Shown: positions 16,206 through 26,100 of the stretch, in pieces
How positions within the stretch are numbered: the stretch's first letter is position 1
Layout: the number at the start of each line of letters is the position of its first letter
Assembly (NCBI RefSeq): GCF_000148385.1
Contig: NC_014537.1
Location: 180,001 to 212,000, forward strand
DNA: 32,000 bases
Source of the DNA: Vulcanisaeta distributa DSM 14429
Lineage (GTDB): Archaea; Thermoproteota; Thermoprotei; Thermoproteales; Thermocladiaceae
Direction: 5' to 3'
The notes under the pieces: generated by a model
What the model was told of the DNA's origin: nothing
The model's input: only the letters and a program-made list of their open reading frames with translations
The model's database searches: none
Translations under genes and position numbers: made by a program

Positions 16206-17556
16206 CTTCGCTGAGTATTTTGTTCAATTCATCATCACTTAACGGCTCCCTCCTCAAACCATCATCGTAAATGCGCATAACCCTCTCATAAACAGCATTA
16301 ATAAGCTCAGGCGTGGGCTCAACACCACGCCTCCTCAGCCAATAGGCTATTGATGACCTGCCCGAGTACGGCCCAATCAGTATCCTAGCCTCACGACCAA
16401 TTATGGATGGGTCCATTGATAGGTAAGTCATTGGATTCCTCAACTGCGCATCAACGTGTATACCAGCCGCTGTCGTAAAGGCATTCTCACCAACAAGTGG
16501 TTGATACCTGGGCACTTGATAATTAAGGCTCCTGAACTCCTCAACTATCTTACTAATTACCCGGGGATTCATACCATCGAAGGACCCCTTAATTCTGGCG
16601 TACCAAATCACCAAGGCCTCTATGGGCACATTACCAGCCCTCTCCCCAATCCCCAGCAACGTCCCATTGTTTATAGAAGCCCCGTAAAGCCAGGCGGCAA
16701 CCGCGTTGGGTACGGCCATGTAGTAGTCACCATGGCCGTGAAACTCCAGGAACTCGCTGGGTATACCCAACACCCTCCTGAAGACCCACACGAGCTTTGG
16801 TATGCTATAGGGTAGTGGTGCGAATGGGTAGGGTACGCCAATGCCTGTTGTGTCAGGTAGCTTTATCGTGATCTCAACGCCATACCTCTCACTAAGCTTA
16901 AGTAGTTTCTCCACGAAGGGTATTACGAAGCCGATCACGTCAGACCTGGTCACGTCCTCAAGGGAACACCTAAGCCTAATACCCTCCTTCAACGCATACT
17001 CCGCAGCCTCTAGATACTTAGCCACGACCCTGTCCCTCGTGGAATTAAACTTATACCTAATGTGTATGTCGGATATCGACATTAGCATTACCATTTCATC
17101 AAGACCAGCCTCCTTAACGAGCCTCACATCCTCAACCCTAGCCCTACCCCAACCAATAACCCTAGGCCACTCAAGGCCTAAGCCTCTAACTGTCCTTACA
17201 AGCTCCCTATCCCTACCCGTGTACAGGAAGAACTCGCTCCTAATTATCCTACCGCTCCCATTATCTAAATCAGCCAACAACCTAAACAACCTAACAGCAT
17301 CACCTATTGAGTAATAGATATAGAAGGCCTGCTGCCCATCCCTAAAGGTTGTATCCGTTATGAATAATTGACTGGGCGGTTCAGGATCAATATTAACACC
17401 GTCAGTTATTAACCTTGGCGGTAAGGGCCATTGCCTTAAGATGGAATTCTCCAACTCCTCATAGTCGATATTTTCACGCCTTAACAAACGCATTAGCGGT
17501 TCATCCCTACCCTGGAGCGGAGGGTTTTGACCAGTAGGTGCTTCAATGGGAACCAC
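16177..17556 (-). CDS. DRE-TIM metallolyase of the homocitrate / isopropylmalate / Re-citrate synthase family
   Basis: 459 codons. 'FITDTTFRDGQQA', 'MLMSISDIHIRYKF', 'LEDVTRSD' and 'EFHGHGDYYMAV' are present, preceded by an N-terminal extension of about 65 aa. The 3' end overlaps argD convergently by 29 nt. Confidence 0.7.
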   Translation of the reverse strand: MVPIEAPTGQNPPLQGRDEPLMRLLRRENIDYEELENSILRQWPLPPRLITDGVNIDPEPPSQLFITDTTFRDGQQAFYIYYSIGDAVRLFRLLADLDNGSGRIIRSEFFLYTGRDRELVRTVRGLGLEWPRVIGWGRARVEDVRLVKEAGLDEMVMLMSISDIHIRYKFNSTRDRVVAKYLEAAEYALKEGIRLRCSLEDVTRSDVIGFVIPFVEKLLKLSERYGVEITIKLPDTTGIGVPYPFAPLPYSIPKLVWVFRRVLGIPSEFLEFHGHGDYYMAVPNAVAAWLYGASINNGTLLGIGERAGNVPIEALVIWYARIKGSFDGMNPRVISKIVEEFRSLNYQVPRYQPLVGENAFTTAAGIHVDAQLRNPMTYLSMDPSIIGREARILIGPYSGRSSIAYWLRRRGVEPTPELINAVYERVMRIYDDGLRREPLSDDELNKILSEVMMSQTMHS

Positions 17557-17624
17557 CTAGGTCTTCGTGAAATAAATAATTTATAAATTTTACCCTTAAT
17601 AATAGATAATTATCTGATTATTAT

Positions 17625-18704
17625 CTATTTATAAATATTCATAAATTCGACTACCGCTTGCTTATATATATCTATGGCCCTGAGGTAATCATCAATGAGT
17701 ACGTACTCCTCAAGTGAGTGGGAAAATGCGCCATCGCCAGGGCCGTAGGCAACGATGTTTCTGGTTAATGAGGCTAGGTCGTTCATATCGCTTGTGCCCC
17801 ACTTCCTGGCTAGGGTGGGTCCCCTACCCAGCACCTTAATTATCGCCCTGGACACAGCCCTGGCGCTGGCGTTGTTTACAGGTACTTCGACGGGCTCAGT
17901 ACACCACCTCATATTAATGGCAACAAACTCGCCATACTTTGTCCGTAACTGATTAATTGCGTTTTCAACATCTTTACATGACCTGCCAGGGGGTATTCTT
18001 ACGTCAAGGATCAACCTGCAATTACTTGGTATCATGTTCTCTGCCTCACCGCAATTCATAATCGTTGGTGTTACCAGGAAGTTTTCATACGATGTTCCAG
18101 CCATCAATGCATTCCATAGGTCCCTATACACATTCATGGCAATGAGTATTGAGTTTGAGTCAAGGTCAGGATTTGACGCGTGCCCTCCCTTAGTCCTCAC
18201 ACTCACTTCAAGCTTTGTACCACCCCTATACTTAGTCACCACCTTATCAATCCCCGTTGGCTCACCGACAATTATGCCCGTCGGTCTCGGCACGTGATTA
18301 CTAACCATTAAATGCCTAGTGCCTAGGCTATCACCCTCCTCATGCACAACGGCTGTGAGTACGAGCGTTCCCCTACTTAATTCACTCTCCATGAAGGCAA
18401 TCACCATCGCCATCAATGGGCCCTTATCATCACTAGCCCCCCTACCAATCACCTTGCTACCCTCACGCCTAACCTCTATGAAGCCGGGCACCGTGTCCAT
18501 GTGGGCGTGAAGCCAAAGAACCGGTTCGCCGCTGCCTTTAACGGCGATTACATTGCCTACCTCGTCGATCTTAGCCTCAAAACCATTCATTGTCATTAAT
18601 TCCACTAGGAACTCCGCAAGCTCATGCTCACCACCCGTGGGTGAGTAGATGTTCAGGGCCTCCATGAGTAATTTTAACTTAGCCTCGTCACTGAACATCA
18701 TCAA
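17625..18704 (-). CDS. lysK: M20-family deacylase, [LysW]-lysine/ornithine hydrolase (LysK/ArgE)
   Basis: 359 codons. 'LWLHAHMDTVP', 'GRGASDDKG' and 'VHEEGDS' metal-ligand motifs. TTG start with a 4-nt overlap onto upstream lysX. Confidence 0.85.
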   Translation of the reverse strand: MMMFSDEAKLKLLMEALNIYSPTGGEHELAEFLVELMTMNGFEAKIDEVGNVIAVKGSGEPVLWLHAHMDTVPGFIEVRREGSKVIGRGASDDKGPLMAMVIAFMESELSRGTLVLTAVVHEEGDSLGTRHLMVSNHVPRPTGIIVGEPTGIDKVVTKYRGGTKLEVSVRTKGGHASNPDLDSNSILIAMNVYRDLWNALMAGTSYENFLVTPTIMNCGEAENMIPSNCRLILDVRIPPGRSCKDVENAINQLRTKYGEFVAINMRWCTEPVEVPVNNASARAVSRAIIKVLGRGPTLARKWGTSDMNDLASLTRNIVAYGPGDGAFSHSLEEYVLIDDYLRAIDIYKQAVVEFMNIYK

Positions 18705-19558
18705 CCCCTCTTAACAATACCCATTACCAACTCCGCTATTCGCCTAGCCACATTAACACCCGTCACCCTTTGCACATTCTTAAACTCAGGGACTGTGTTG
18801 ACCTCGAGCACCTTATAACCACCGTCAGACTCAACAACATCGACGCCTGCGTAGTAGGCACCAATGGCCTTGGTGGCCTTGACGCTGATATCCTCAAGCT
18901 CTGGGTCAATCCTTACGGCCTCGGCCTTACCACCCCTCGCAGTGTTCGTCCTCCAGTCATCACCAACGGCATACCTATATATGGCCGCCACAGCCTCGTC
19001 GCCTACGACAGTGACCCTGATATCCCTACCAGGCTTCCTAATGAATTCCTGAACCAGGTACGTCTCATACTGGGGATTCTCCATGGAACTCCTATGCCTA
19101 GCCAGTAGGGTTAAGTCCTCATTACTACCCACCAGACTCACCAACCTGCCCCATGAGCCATGCACCGGCTTAATAATGGCGGGATAACCAACAACGCCCA
19201 GGGCCTTAATTGCTGACTCGCTGGATAGGGCGACCACAGTGTTCGGTATTGGGATTCCAAGGCGATTGAGTATTGCCAGGGTAATAGCCTTATTATTACC
19301 AATCATTATTGACGCGTATGGATTTATCGACCTACCACCAATGACCTCATACATCTGAGCCAATAACTGAGTCCTGTGCTGGCTAACGGTCCTTATGAAT
19401 GCCGTGGCAACCTCATTAGTTCCAGGGAATTCAAAGGCCAAGTTCTCAGCATTCACAAGCCTATAATTAATGCCCAGGTTATCGAATTCTCTAATGAGTA
19501 GTTTTTCGTCAAGCCTTATGGCATCGTAGATGAAGTGTACGACTTCAATCAGAACCAC
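18701..19558 (-). CDS. lysX: RimK-type ATP-grasp ligase, LysX/ArgX family (paralog 2, adjacent to lysW)
   Basis: 285 codons. 'YPAIIKPVHGSWGRLVSLV', 'RDIRVTVVGDEA', 'DWRTNTARGG' and 'AGVDVVESDGGYKVLEVNTVPEFKN' are present. It starts 10 nt after the lysW stop. Confidence 0.85.
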   Translation of the reverse strand: MVLIEVVHFIYDAIRLDEKLLIREFDNLGINYRLVNAENLAFEFPGTNEVATAFIRTVSQHRTQLLAQMYEVIGGRSINPYASIMIGNNKAITLAILNRLGIPIPNTVVALSSESAIKALGVVGYPAIIKPVHGSWGRLVSLVGSNEDLTLLARHRSSMENPQYETYLVQEFIRKPGRDIRVTVVGDEAVAAIYRYAVGDDWRTNTARGGKAEAVRIDPELEDISVKATKAIGAYYAGVDVVESDGGYKVLEVNTVPEFKNVQRVTGVNVARRIAELVMGIVKRG

Positions 19559-19568
19559 CCCTCAGCAA

Positions 19569-19745
19569 TTATTCGCCCCAATCCTCCTCCTCCACCTTAA
19601 TCAGCTTCAGTTGTATTAAGCCATTCTGAATAACCACCTGATACTTCTGACCGCAACTTGGGCAACTGACTAATTCGCCATCGAGTACGTCATCCGGTAT
19701 TTCTATGTCTGCCCCACAGACCTGGCAGGAAATCTTTGTTGGCAT
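19569..19745 (-). CDS. lysW: Amino-group carrier protein LysW (not in the supplied ORF track)
   Basis: My own translation of the minus strand: MPTKISCQVCGADIEIPDDVLDGELVSCPSCGQKYQVVIQNGLIQLKLIKVEEEDWGE*. It has a CxxC...CxxC zinc ribbon plus the hallmark acidic C-terminal EDWGE tail. The position upstream of lysX is the conserved one. Confidence 0.85.
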   Translation of the reverse strand: MPTKISCQVCGADIEIPDDVLDGELVSCPSCGQKYQVVIQNGLIQLKLIKVEEEDWGE

Positions 19746-19836
19746 CGCGTTATTACGTAAATATAGCCTATTTAAGCATTGCGGCTAATAGCGGAGATTT
19801 TATAAATTAACGATTAAGGTATATATTTGATAAGCA

Positions 19837-20652
19837 TCATCTCTGCGGTAGCACGTGCGTACCAAAGCCATTAATTGCCGTTGTAATTGGTCTATTAATT
19901 ACCCCGTTAGAGATTATCGTATATATGCCCCTACCGGCCAACTGGGCTGCCGTGTAAACCTTCCTCTTCATACCACCCCTAACCTCCGGGCTCTTAAACA
20001 ACTCCTGAGCCTCAGCGGCACTTACCTTGTTAATGACCTTCCCATTTATGAGAACGCCATCAACGTCCGTGAGAATCACGGCATAGTTAGGCGTTAGGGA
20101 TGTTGATAAGACCTCGAGTGCTTGGTCACCATCAACATTTAGTGCCCCACCTGTCTTAATGTCCATGGCTATCGGCGCTATTACGGGCGTGAAACCATCA
20201 TTGAGCAATCTCATTATGAAGTCCTTATTGGCGCCCTCAATCTTACCCGTATAACCACCATCAACAACCCTCTCCCTACCCCTCTCATCAATTATGATCA
20301 TGGATTCCCTCCTCCTAGCCCTCAACAACCCACCGTCAACCCCAGAAAGCCCGATGGCATTAACCCCAACACCCTGCAATCTACTCACTAACTCCTTATT
20401 TAGGTACATCATACCCATGACGTAGACTCTCAGGGTCTCTAGGTCTGTGTACCTACTCGTAACGCCGCTGGGGCTGGTTACGAACTTGGGCTTGAGTCCC
20501 ATCCTCTCCATTAACTCATTTATGAAGTAGCCACCACCGTGTATTAACACCACCCTATGACCGTTATTGAGTAATTCGGGTATCTCCCTAATGAGGGTAT
20601 CAACCCCCTTCCTGATCACGGACCCGCCAACCTTCACTATTACGAGCATCAC
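19837..20652 (-). CDS. argB: Acetylglutamate / [LysW]-aminoadipate kinase (ArgB/LysZ)
   Basis: 271 codons. Amino-acid-kinase motifs 'IVKVGGSVI', 'VVLIHGGG', 'LNVDGDQA' and 'ILTDVDGV'. Confidence 0.9.
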   Translation of the reverse strand: MMLVIVKVGGSVIRKGVDTLIREIPELLNNGHRVVLIHGGGYFINELMERMGLKPKFVTSPSGVTSRYTDLETLRVYVMGMMYLNKELVSRLQGVGVNAIGLSGVDGGLLRARRRESMIIIDERGRERVVDGGYTGKIEGANKDFIMRLLNDGFTPVIAPIAMDIKTGGALNVDGDQALEVLSTSLTPNYAVILTDVDGVLINGKVINKVSAAEAQELFKSPEVRGGMKRKVYTAAQLAGRGIYTIISNGVINRPITTAINGFGTHVLPQR

Positions 20653-20730
20653 TGGAGGAACAGCATATCAATATTATAAATATTGCCATGCTGTAATGAA
20701 CATAATATAATTTTAACGCCAGGGACTGAG

Positions 20731-21927
20731 CTATAATGAACCCCTTAGGTCATTAATGGCATTGCTAATCCTCTCAATCCCCATGCGTATCCTCTCAATG
20801 CTCTCCACCACGAAGGATATCCTAATTGCCGACCTATAAATATCGCTGAAGTACGTACCTGGTATCACGGTCACGCCATACCTCTCAAGAAGCGCCTCAG
20901 CGAACCTCTCGGAATCCCTTATGTAGTGCGATAAGTCAACGAAGATGAACATTGAGCCCCTCGGAACAACAAACCTGGACTCAGGTAGGTACTCCCTTAA
21001 CGCCTTAACCGCCGCATCCCTTCTCGACCTATACTCCTCAATTATGTACTTAAGGTGTTTCAACCTTACCTCAGACCTTAGGTACGCAGCCACGAACTTC
21101 TGAGCAATAACAGGTGGGCAGTACGTCATCTCCTCAGCAGCGAGCTTTAACTTGGGTATTGCATCGCTTGGTCCATAGATAAAGCCCAACCTCCAACCTG
21201 GTATTCCCGGGTCCTTCGAGAACGTGTTTATTGAAATTACGTGGTCAGGCGCATACCTATAGATGTATGTGTGCTCCCCCTCGTAAATCAACGTCCTATA
21301 TGCCTCATCAGACACTATCCAGAAGTCCTTATCCACCGCTAGGTCAGCTATCGCCTTCGCAGTATCTCTATCGATTATATTACCCGTTGGGTTATCCGGG
21401 GACACCAAAACCAGCGCCTTGGTCTTATCCGTTATTAACTCCTTAAGCTTCTCAATGTCGATTTTAAACCCATTTTCCATGCTCAAGCCAAGTCTCTTTA
21501 TCTTACCGCCAAAGTACTCGATAATGGGCTTGTAACCAAAGTAGGTTGGGTCCAGTAGTATGACCTCATCACCAGGGTTTAATATTGTCATGAATGTTGC
21601 GAACATCCCCTCCTGACCACCCGTTATAATCACTATGTTGTCTGGGTTAACATCAATGCCACCAAGCCTCTTCAAGTCCTCGGAGACTGCTTCCCTCAAC
21701 TCAATAATCCCCTGGCTGGGTGTGTATCCATAGAGTTCCATACTATTATCCTCCACCAACTGCTTAGCCAATAATGACCTAACCTCGATTGGTGGTGGTA
21801 TCCCGGGTTGCCCAGCCGATAGGTTAATGATATCCCTCTTCTCACGCTTTAACCTCTCCCTTATCGCATCAATTCTCCTGGTCGGGCTTTCCCTAAGGAA
21901 GGCTATTGACTGGGAGAAGCCGCGCAT
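20731..21927 (-). CDS. Class I/II PLP aminotransferase (AspAT/LysN-like)
   Basis: 398 codons. 'NLSAGQPG', 'LVSPDNPTG' and 'SFSKDPGIPGWRLGF' (PLP Lys). Substrate cannot be assigned from sequence alone. Confidence 0.85.
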   Translation of the reverse strand: MRGFSQSIAFLRESPTRRIDAIRERLKREKRDIINLSAGQPGIPPPIEVRSLLAKQLVEDNSMELYGYTPSQGIIELREAVSEDLKRLGGIDVNPDNIVIITGGQEGMFATFMTILNPGDEVILLDPTYFGYKPIIEYFGGKIKRLGLSMENGFKIDIEKLKELITDKTKALVLVSPDNPTGNIIDRDTAKAIADLAVDKDFWIVSDEAYRTLIYEGEHTYIYRYAPDHVISINTFSKDPGIPGWRLGFIYGPSDAIPKLKLAAEEMTYCPPVIAQKFVAAYLRSEVRLKHLKYIIEEYRSRRDAAVKALREYLPESRFVVPRGSMFIFVDLSHYIRDSERFAEALLERYGVTVIPGTYFSDIYRSAIRISFVVESIERIRMGIERISNAINDLRGSL

Positions 21928-22079
21928 TGTTTGCTTTTATTTTAAACAAGTATATATACATTATGTATCCAGCATGGTAATGTAAGTGTCTTAAGGGCAA
22001 AGCTTATAAAATATTTATAACAAGCCCATGCGAATGATTCGGTTTAAGAAGGAGTTACCTGGTTCTTCAGGATGGGAGT

Positions 22080-23114
22080 GTGTATCGTGGCTACGCCTTT
22101 GGCGCTGATAATGAAACAGTTGGCGAGGTAGTCTTCACAACAGCCAATGTTGGCTATCCTGAGTCTCTAACGGACCCGTCATACAGGGGGCAAATACTGG
22201 TATTCACAAGCCCATTAATAGGTAATTATGGCACATCGCCGGATCAGTGGGAGAGTGATGCGATCCAGGTAAGTGGTGCGGTGATTTTCGACCTAACAAC
22301 ACCGAGCCACTACACATCGATTATGAGCCTTGACGAGTGGTTTAGGAGGGAGGGTGTCCCGGGTATTTACAGGGTTGATACTAGGGCATTAACGGTTAAG
22401 TTAAGGGAGGTTGGCGTAATGATGGGCGCCATGGCCAATGACGTGAACAGGGCAATGAAACTGCTCAGGGATGCGCCTAGGTATGATGACATTGACTTCA
22501 CAAGGCTTGTATCACCAAGTGCACCCATTTATTATGGTGATGATGATAAGCCCTGCATTGGAATTATTGATTGTGGCGTCAAGATGAGCATTGTGAGGAA
22601 TCTACTAAGCAGGGGCTTTAGGGTCGTTAGGTACCCATGCCATATGTGGAGGAACGCCTTAAATGATTGTGATGGGATCCTCCTCAGTAATGGTCCAGGC
22701 AATCCAAACCTACTAACGTACTTAAGTGATGTCGTTACCGATGTGATTAGGGATAGAAAACCAACCCTAGGGATATGCCTAGGACACCAGGTAATTGCCC
22801 TAGGCATTGGGGCTAGGATTTACAAGATGAGGTATGGGCACAGGGCAATCAATAAGCCAGTACTTGACCTAATTAGGAATAAGGTATACATAACCACCCA
22901 CAACCATGGTTATGCCGTTGATCCGCAGAGCATTAGGGGCAGTGGGTTTAAGGTGTGGGCGATACAGCCTGACGACAATACAGTGGAGGGTTTAATCCAC
23001 GAGAGGCTGCCAATACTAACGACGCAATTCCACCCAGAGTCTAAGCCTGGCCCCCTCGACGCTAATTGGGTCTTTGATGAGTTCGCGAGGATGGTGCTTA
23101 ACCATGGACGTTAG
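22080..23114 (+). CDS. carA: Carbamoyl-phosphate synthase small (glutaminase) subunit CarA; start codon uncertain
   Basis: 344 codons from GTG 22080. 'GEVVFTTANVGYPESLTDPSYRGQI', the catalytic 'GICLGHQ' Cys and 'FHPES' are present. CarA-like sequence 'YLVLQDGS' is encoded in frame upstream of the first canonical start (see finding). Confidence 0.9.
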   Translation: MYRGYAFGADNETVGEVVFTTANVGYPESLTDPSYRGQILVFTSPLIGNYGTSPDQWESDAIQVSGAVIFDLTTPSHYTSIMSLDEWFRREGVPGIYRVDTRALTVKLREVGVMMGAMANDVNRAMKLLRDAPRYDDIDFTRLVSPSAPIYYGDDDKPCIGIIDCGVKMSIVRNLLSRGFRVVRYPCHMWRNALNDCDGILLSNGPGNPNLLTYLSDVVTDVIRDRKPTLGICLGHQVIALGIGARIYKMRYGHRAINKPVLDLIRNKVYITTHNHGYAVDPQSIRGSGFKVWAIQPDDNTVEGLIHERLPILTTQFHPESKPGPLDANWVFDEFARMVLNHGR

Positions 23115-26100
23115 GAAGGTCCTAGTAATCGGTAGCGGACCCATTAAGATTGCGGAGGCTGCGGAGTTCGATTACTCGGGAATACAGGCGCTTAAGGCGT
23201 ATAAGGAGGAGGGCTTGACGACTGTCCTAGTCAACCCAAACGTGGCCACTGTACAAACTACGCGAGTGTTTGCGGATAGGGTTTACCTAGTGCCCATAAA
23301 GCCCGAGTTCCTGGAGATGGTCATTGAGAGGGAGAGACCCGACGCAATCGCCTGCGGCTTTGGAGGCCAGACCGCATTATCCGCGTGCATAAACCTCAAC
23401 GACCTGGGAATCCTCAGCAAGTATGGCATTAAGGTCCTTGGAACGCCAATAGAGGGTATTAGGTCAGCCCTGAGTAGGCAGTTGTTTAAGGACTTAATGA
23501 ATAAGCACGGTATCCCAGTACTACCGTCAAAGACCACGTACTCACTTAACGAAGCCTTATCGGCAGCCAGGGAATTGGGCTACCCAGTGCTTGCAAGGGT
23601 ATCCTTCAACCTCGGCGGTGCAGGCGCCTTTGTTGCCCATGATGATGATGAATTAATCAGTAAGTACCATAAGGCATTAGCCATGAGTGAGATTAAGGAG
23701 GTGCTCATCGAGAAGTACATCGGTGGTTGGAAGGAGATTGAGTTTGAGGTCATGAGGGATCAGTACGGGGAGTCCGTGGCCGTGGTCTGCATGGAGAACG
23801 TAGACCCCATGGGAGTGCATACTGGGGATTCCGTAGTCGTCGCACCCTGCCTAACACTAACAAATGATGAGTACCAGAGGGCTAGGTTAATCTCCATTGG
23901 CGTTGCAAATGCGATAAACCTAGTTGGTGAGTGTAATGTGCAGGTTGCGATTAATCCCAGGGGCCCCGAGATGTACGTCATAGAGACAAACCCAAGGATG
24001 AGTAGGTCAAGCGCCCTGGCCAGCAAGGCCTCTGGGTACCCACTGGCGTACATAGCGGCTAAGTTAACACTTGGCTATAGGTTGAGTGAGTTGATTAATA
24101 GGGTGACGGGTAAGACGGTGGCATCCTTCGAGCCAAGCCTCGACTACGTGGTGGTCAAGATACCGAGGTGGGAGAGCGATAGGTTTGGCGTTGATGAGCC
24201 CCTGGGCCCTGAGATGATGAGTATTGGCGAGGTCATGGGTATTGGGAGGACGCTTGAGGAGGCCTGGCAGAAGGCGGTGAGGATGCTCGACATCGGTGAA
24301 CCCGGTCTCGTGGGTGGTAGGATATACCATGAGGCGAGCATTGAGGAGGCCGTGAAGATGGTTAGGGAGAGGAAGCCCTACTGGTTCCTGTACGCGGCTG
24401 TTCTCCTTAGGGAGGGATTCTCAATTGATGAGATTAATGAGTGGACAGGCGTTGATAAGTTCTTCCTCTACGCGATTAAGAGGGTTGTGGACTTCTACGA
24501 GGGGTTAAGGAGGGGTGAGCAATTACCGCTTGAGGAGGCTTACGTGCTTGGATTCAGTGAGGAGCAATTAAGAAGAGCCACCGGCAATGACCCAGCGAGG
24601 AGACTACCCGTGGTTAAGCAGATCGACACGCTGGCCGGTGAGTGGCCGGCCGCCACGAATTACCTATACCTAACGCATGGTGGTGAGGTTGACGATTACA
24701 CAGGGCCTGGGGTTGATGCCGTGGTCACGGGTGCCGGGGTCTTTAGGATAGGCGTTAGTGTTGAGTTTGATTGGTCGGTGGTTAATACAGTCCTCATGCT
24801 CAAGAGACTTGGTTATAGGGTTGGTGTGTTGAATTACAACCCAGAGACCGTATCCACGGACTGGGACTTCGCGGATAAACTCTTCTTCGACCAATTAACC
24901 CCAGAAACCCTAAGGAACATACTAATTAAGGAGAGACCCAGGTTCGTGGTGTTATGGACAGGCGGCCAAATTGGGCAGAGGCTTTATGGTAAGGCTAGGT
25001 CCTGGTTAACTGAGAATGTCAAGATACTAGGCACGAGCCCCGAGTCCGTGGACCTGGCTGAGGATAGGTCCAAGTTCTCTAAACTACTTGATGAGTTGGG
25101 TCTCGATCAACCACCCTGGGCCTACGCATCGACCATTGAGGAGTTGATAGGGCTTGTGGAGAGGTGGCTTGATTACCCAGTCATTGTTAGGCCCAGCTAC
25201 GTACTTGGCGGTACGTACATGGGCATAGCCAGGAATAGGCAGGAACTACTAAATTACGTTAATAAGGCAACCAGGATAAGCCCTGAGCACCCTGTGGTCG
25301 TGTCGAAGTTCATCGGTGATGGCGTTGAGGCTGAGGTTGATGGAGTCAGTGATGGCAATTCCGTGATTGTGGTGCCTGTAGAGCACGTAGAACCACCTGG
25401 CGTGCACTCTGGCGATAGTACCATGGTGATACCGCCGAGGGGTGTTGATTATAGGTTAAATGATGGTTGGAGGATTAAGATGGCCGAGGCCTCATTGAGG
25501 ATTGCCAGGGCGCTAAGCATTGTTGGGCCATTTAACATACAGTTCATTGCCAGGGATAAGCTGTACGTAATAGAGGCTAACGTGAGGGCAAGCAGGTCAA
25601 TGCCCTTCACAAGCAAGGCCACTGGTGTTAACCTAATGAATTTATCCGTGAAGGCAGCACTAAGTGGCTTGGGCATGGATAGGGAATTCATGGTGCTTAG
25701 GCCGAGGCGCTGGTGGGTTAAGGCGAGCCAATTCTCCTGGAGCAGGGTTAGGGGTTCATACCCAAGGCTTGGGCCCGTGATGTACAGCACGGGTGAGGTT
25801 GCATCGAGTGGTAGGGCCTTTGAGGAGGCATTACTTAAGGCTTGGCTATCAACCACGCCATCGAGGATACCGAGGAGGAATGCCCTGGTTTACACATACG
25901 ATGAGCAGTACGTCAAGCCCATCGATGAAATAAGGAACCGCCTAGGTAGGTGGCTCGTGGTCCTCGACGACACTGAGGAGGTTAGGGCCATGCTTAAGCA
26001 GGGCTCCGTGGACATACTCATGACTGGAGGTGACACTATGGATAAGGACTACGTCACGCGTAGGTTAGCCGCGGATACTGCGACGCCGATAGTGCTACAC

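Noticed and set aside
16456-17314. Plus-strand ORFs 16456-16815 and 16841-17314
   Set aside because: They are antisense to the DRE-TIM synthase gene, have low-complexity Ser/Leu/Pro composition, and show no motifs.
17604-17615. Perfect palindrome AGATAATTATCT, plus a nearby TTATCT repeat, between lysK and the DRE-TIM synthase gene, considered as a LysM/Lrp-type operator
   Set aside because: It lies in a very AT-rich promoter/terminator spacer, where such palindromes arise easily by chance. I cannot match it to a known operator consensus.
23074-23103. Upstream extension of carB (MMSSRGWCLT...)
   Set aside because: The canonical CarB N-terminus (MDVRKVLVIGSGPI) starts at ATG 23104. The extension lies inside the carA coding end and has no family support.
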